Shown here: positions 63,274 to 64,000 of the stretch, piece by piece | Position numbering within the stretch: position 1 is the first letter of the stretch | Layout: every line of letters begins with the position of its first letter | Virus record (IMG/VR): IMGVR_UViG_3300037453_000168 | Coordinates: 14,932-78,931 of that record | Direction: 5' to 3' (one strand) | Length of the DNA: 64,000 nt | Source: a virus | Lineage: Duplodnaviria; Caudoviricetes | Program-made: the position numbers and the translations under genes | The notes under the pieces: model-generated | Databases searched by the model: none | What the model saw: the letters and a program-made list of their open reading frames with translations, nothing else | What the model was told of the DNA's origin: nothing

Positions 63274-64000
63274 ATGGAACAGGAACTTAGCAGAGATGCA
63301 TTCTTCGGAATGGCTGGATTGACCGAGAACACCATCGAGAGCGAGATTGCTCCCTACACCCCAATCTCCCTCGGAAAGGGCCACAAGACCCGTAGCGGAA
63401 ACAGGGCTTGGATGAACTCACTCAAAAGGTGCGACTTCTTGGATGCGGACTCTCTCAGGGCATTGACCCCCGAACAGGTTTCCTCCACCCCCGTTTTCGT
63501 CAACAACGAGGAGCAGAAACAGTATCAGGCAATCGTAGGGGACAACACCCACAAGGTGTACTCAATCAGGTCGGACAAGTACAAGATTGTTCAGAACAGC
63601 CTTATGACCGAATCGCTCGCACAAGTATCCGAGAACACGGGCATTCAGGTGTTCGGGACCCTTCACGACGAGGGCGGAAAGATGGGGATAAATGCCTTCT
63701 TCGCAGACCCCGACTGCAACGTGGACTTCGGAACCCATCAGAAAGACCCCTACATGCTCGGAGTGAGAGCCTACAACTCCCACACGGGACAGACGGGATT
63801 CGGAGCGCAAATCATCGGGGTGCGTTGGCTCTGCTCGAACATGGTATCATTCGGTCAGACCCTCGGACACGAGCATTGGAAACACTACGTCGAGCAGAAG
63901 GACGTTGTTTCCAAGATTTCTGGCATGATAGAAAGCTACATGGATAAGGTACCCGTACTCAAGGACAGGATAGATGCTCTCATGCCAGAAATCTTGGAAA
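63274..64000 (+). CDS. DUF932-family protein (3'-truncated; absent from ORF track)
   Basis: SDKYKIVQN...AYNSHTGQT...VRWLCSNM. Confidence 0.75.
   Translation, partial: MEQELSRDAFFGMAGLTENTIESEIAPYTPISLGKGHKTRSGNRAWMNSLKRCDFLDADSLRALTPEQVSSTPVFVNNEEQKQYQAIVGDNTHKVYSIRSDKYKIVQNSLMTESLAQVSENTGIQVFGTLHDEGGKMGINAFFADPDCNVDFGTHQKDPYMLGVRAYNSHTGQTGFGAQIIGVRWLCSNMVSFGQTLGHEHWKHYVEQKDVVSKISGMIESYMDKVPVLKDRIDALMPEILE

Noticed and set aside
1-64000. Virus-encoded tRNA-Pyl/suppressor tRNA or pyl genes
   Set aside because: I saw no cloverleaf with a CUA anticodon in any intergenic gap and no PylRS-like ORF; needs ARAGORN/tRNAscan and the rest of the genome to exclude.
1-64000. CRISPR array, diversity-generating retroelement, integrase or IS element
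   Set aside because: No regularly spaced repeats and no reverse transcriptase, recombinase or transposase motifs seen; the four-copy module is dispersed, not an array.

Overview
The whole 64 kb reads as part of one archaeal tailed-virus genome (Caudoviricetes). It is probably siphovirus-like, since a tail tube and tape measure are present and no sheath is seen. All credible genes are on the + strand and no host genes are visible. Layout: partial dUTPase-like end, AT-rich non-coding block, early region of tightly coupled small genes (RusA, DHH phosphoesterase, wHTH/RHH regulators, Lar-like Zn proteins, DUF3310, minimal nucleotidyltransferase), frameshifted SF2 helicase, acidic putative internal head proteins, a ParB/glycosyltransferase/NTP-transferase/HAD/radical-SAM cluster, terminases, portal, head and tail genes interrupted by independently promoted islands, a holin, and a truncated DUF932 gene. 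TATA-type promoters and GGAGTGA/GGTG(A)-type Shine-Dalgarno motifs point to an archaeal host. Most notable: TAG behaves as a sense codon. At least 8 in-frame TAGs split recognisable domains or break ATGA/TGAATG coupling unless read through, and no confidently called gene needs TAG as its stop. This is most consistent with a pyrrolysine-recoded virus of a Methanomassiliicoccales-like methanogen (inference). Other highlights: a shared N-terminal/linker peptide code (F-x-x-KKL...KSKxKK) in putative packaged proteins, four copies of a promoter plus RBS-occluding hairpin module, a candidate sugar-based DNA modification pathway beside the terminase, and strong GATC/CCGG avoidance. All family assignments come from motif recognition by eye; no database search was run.
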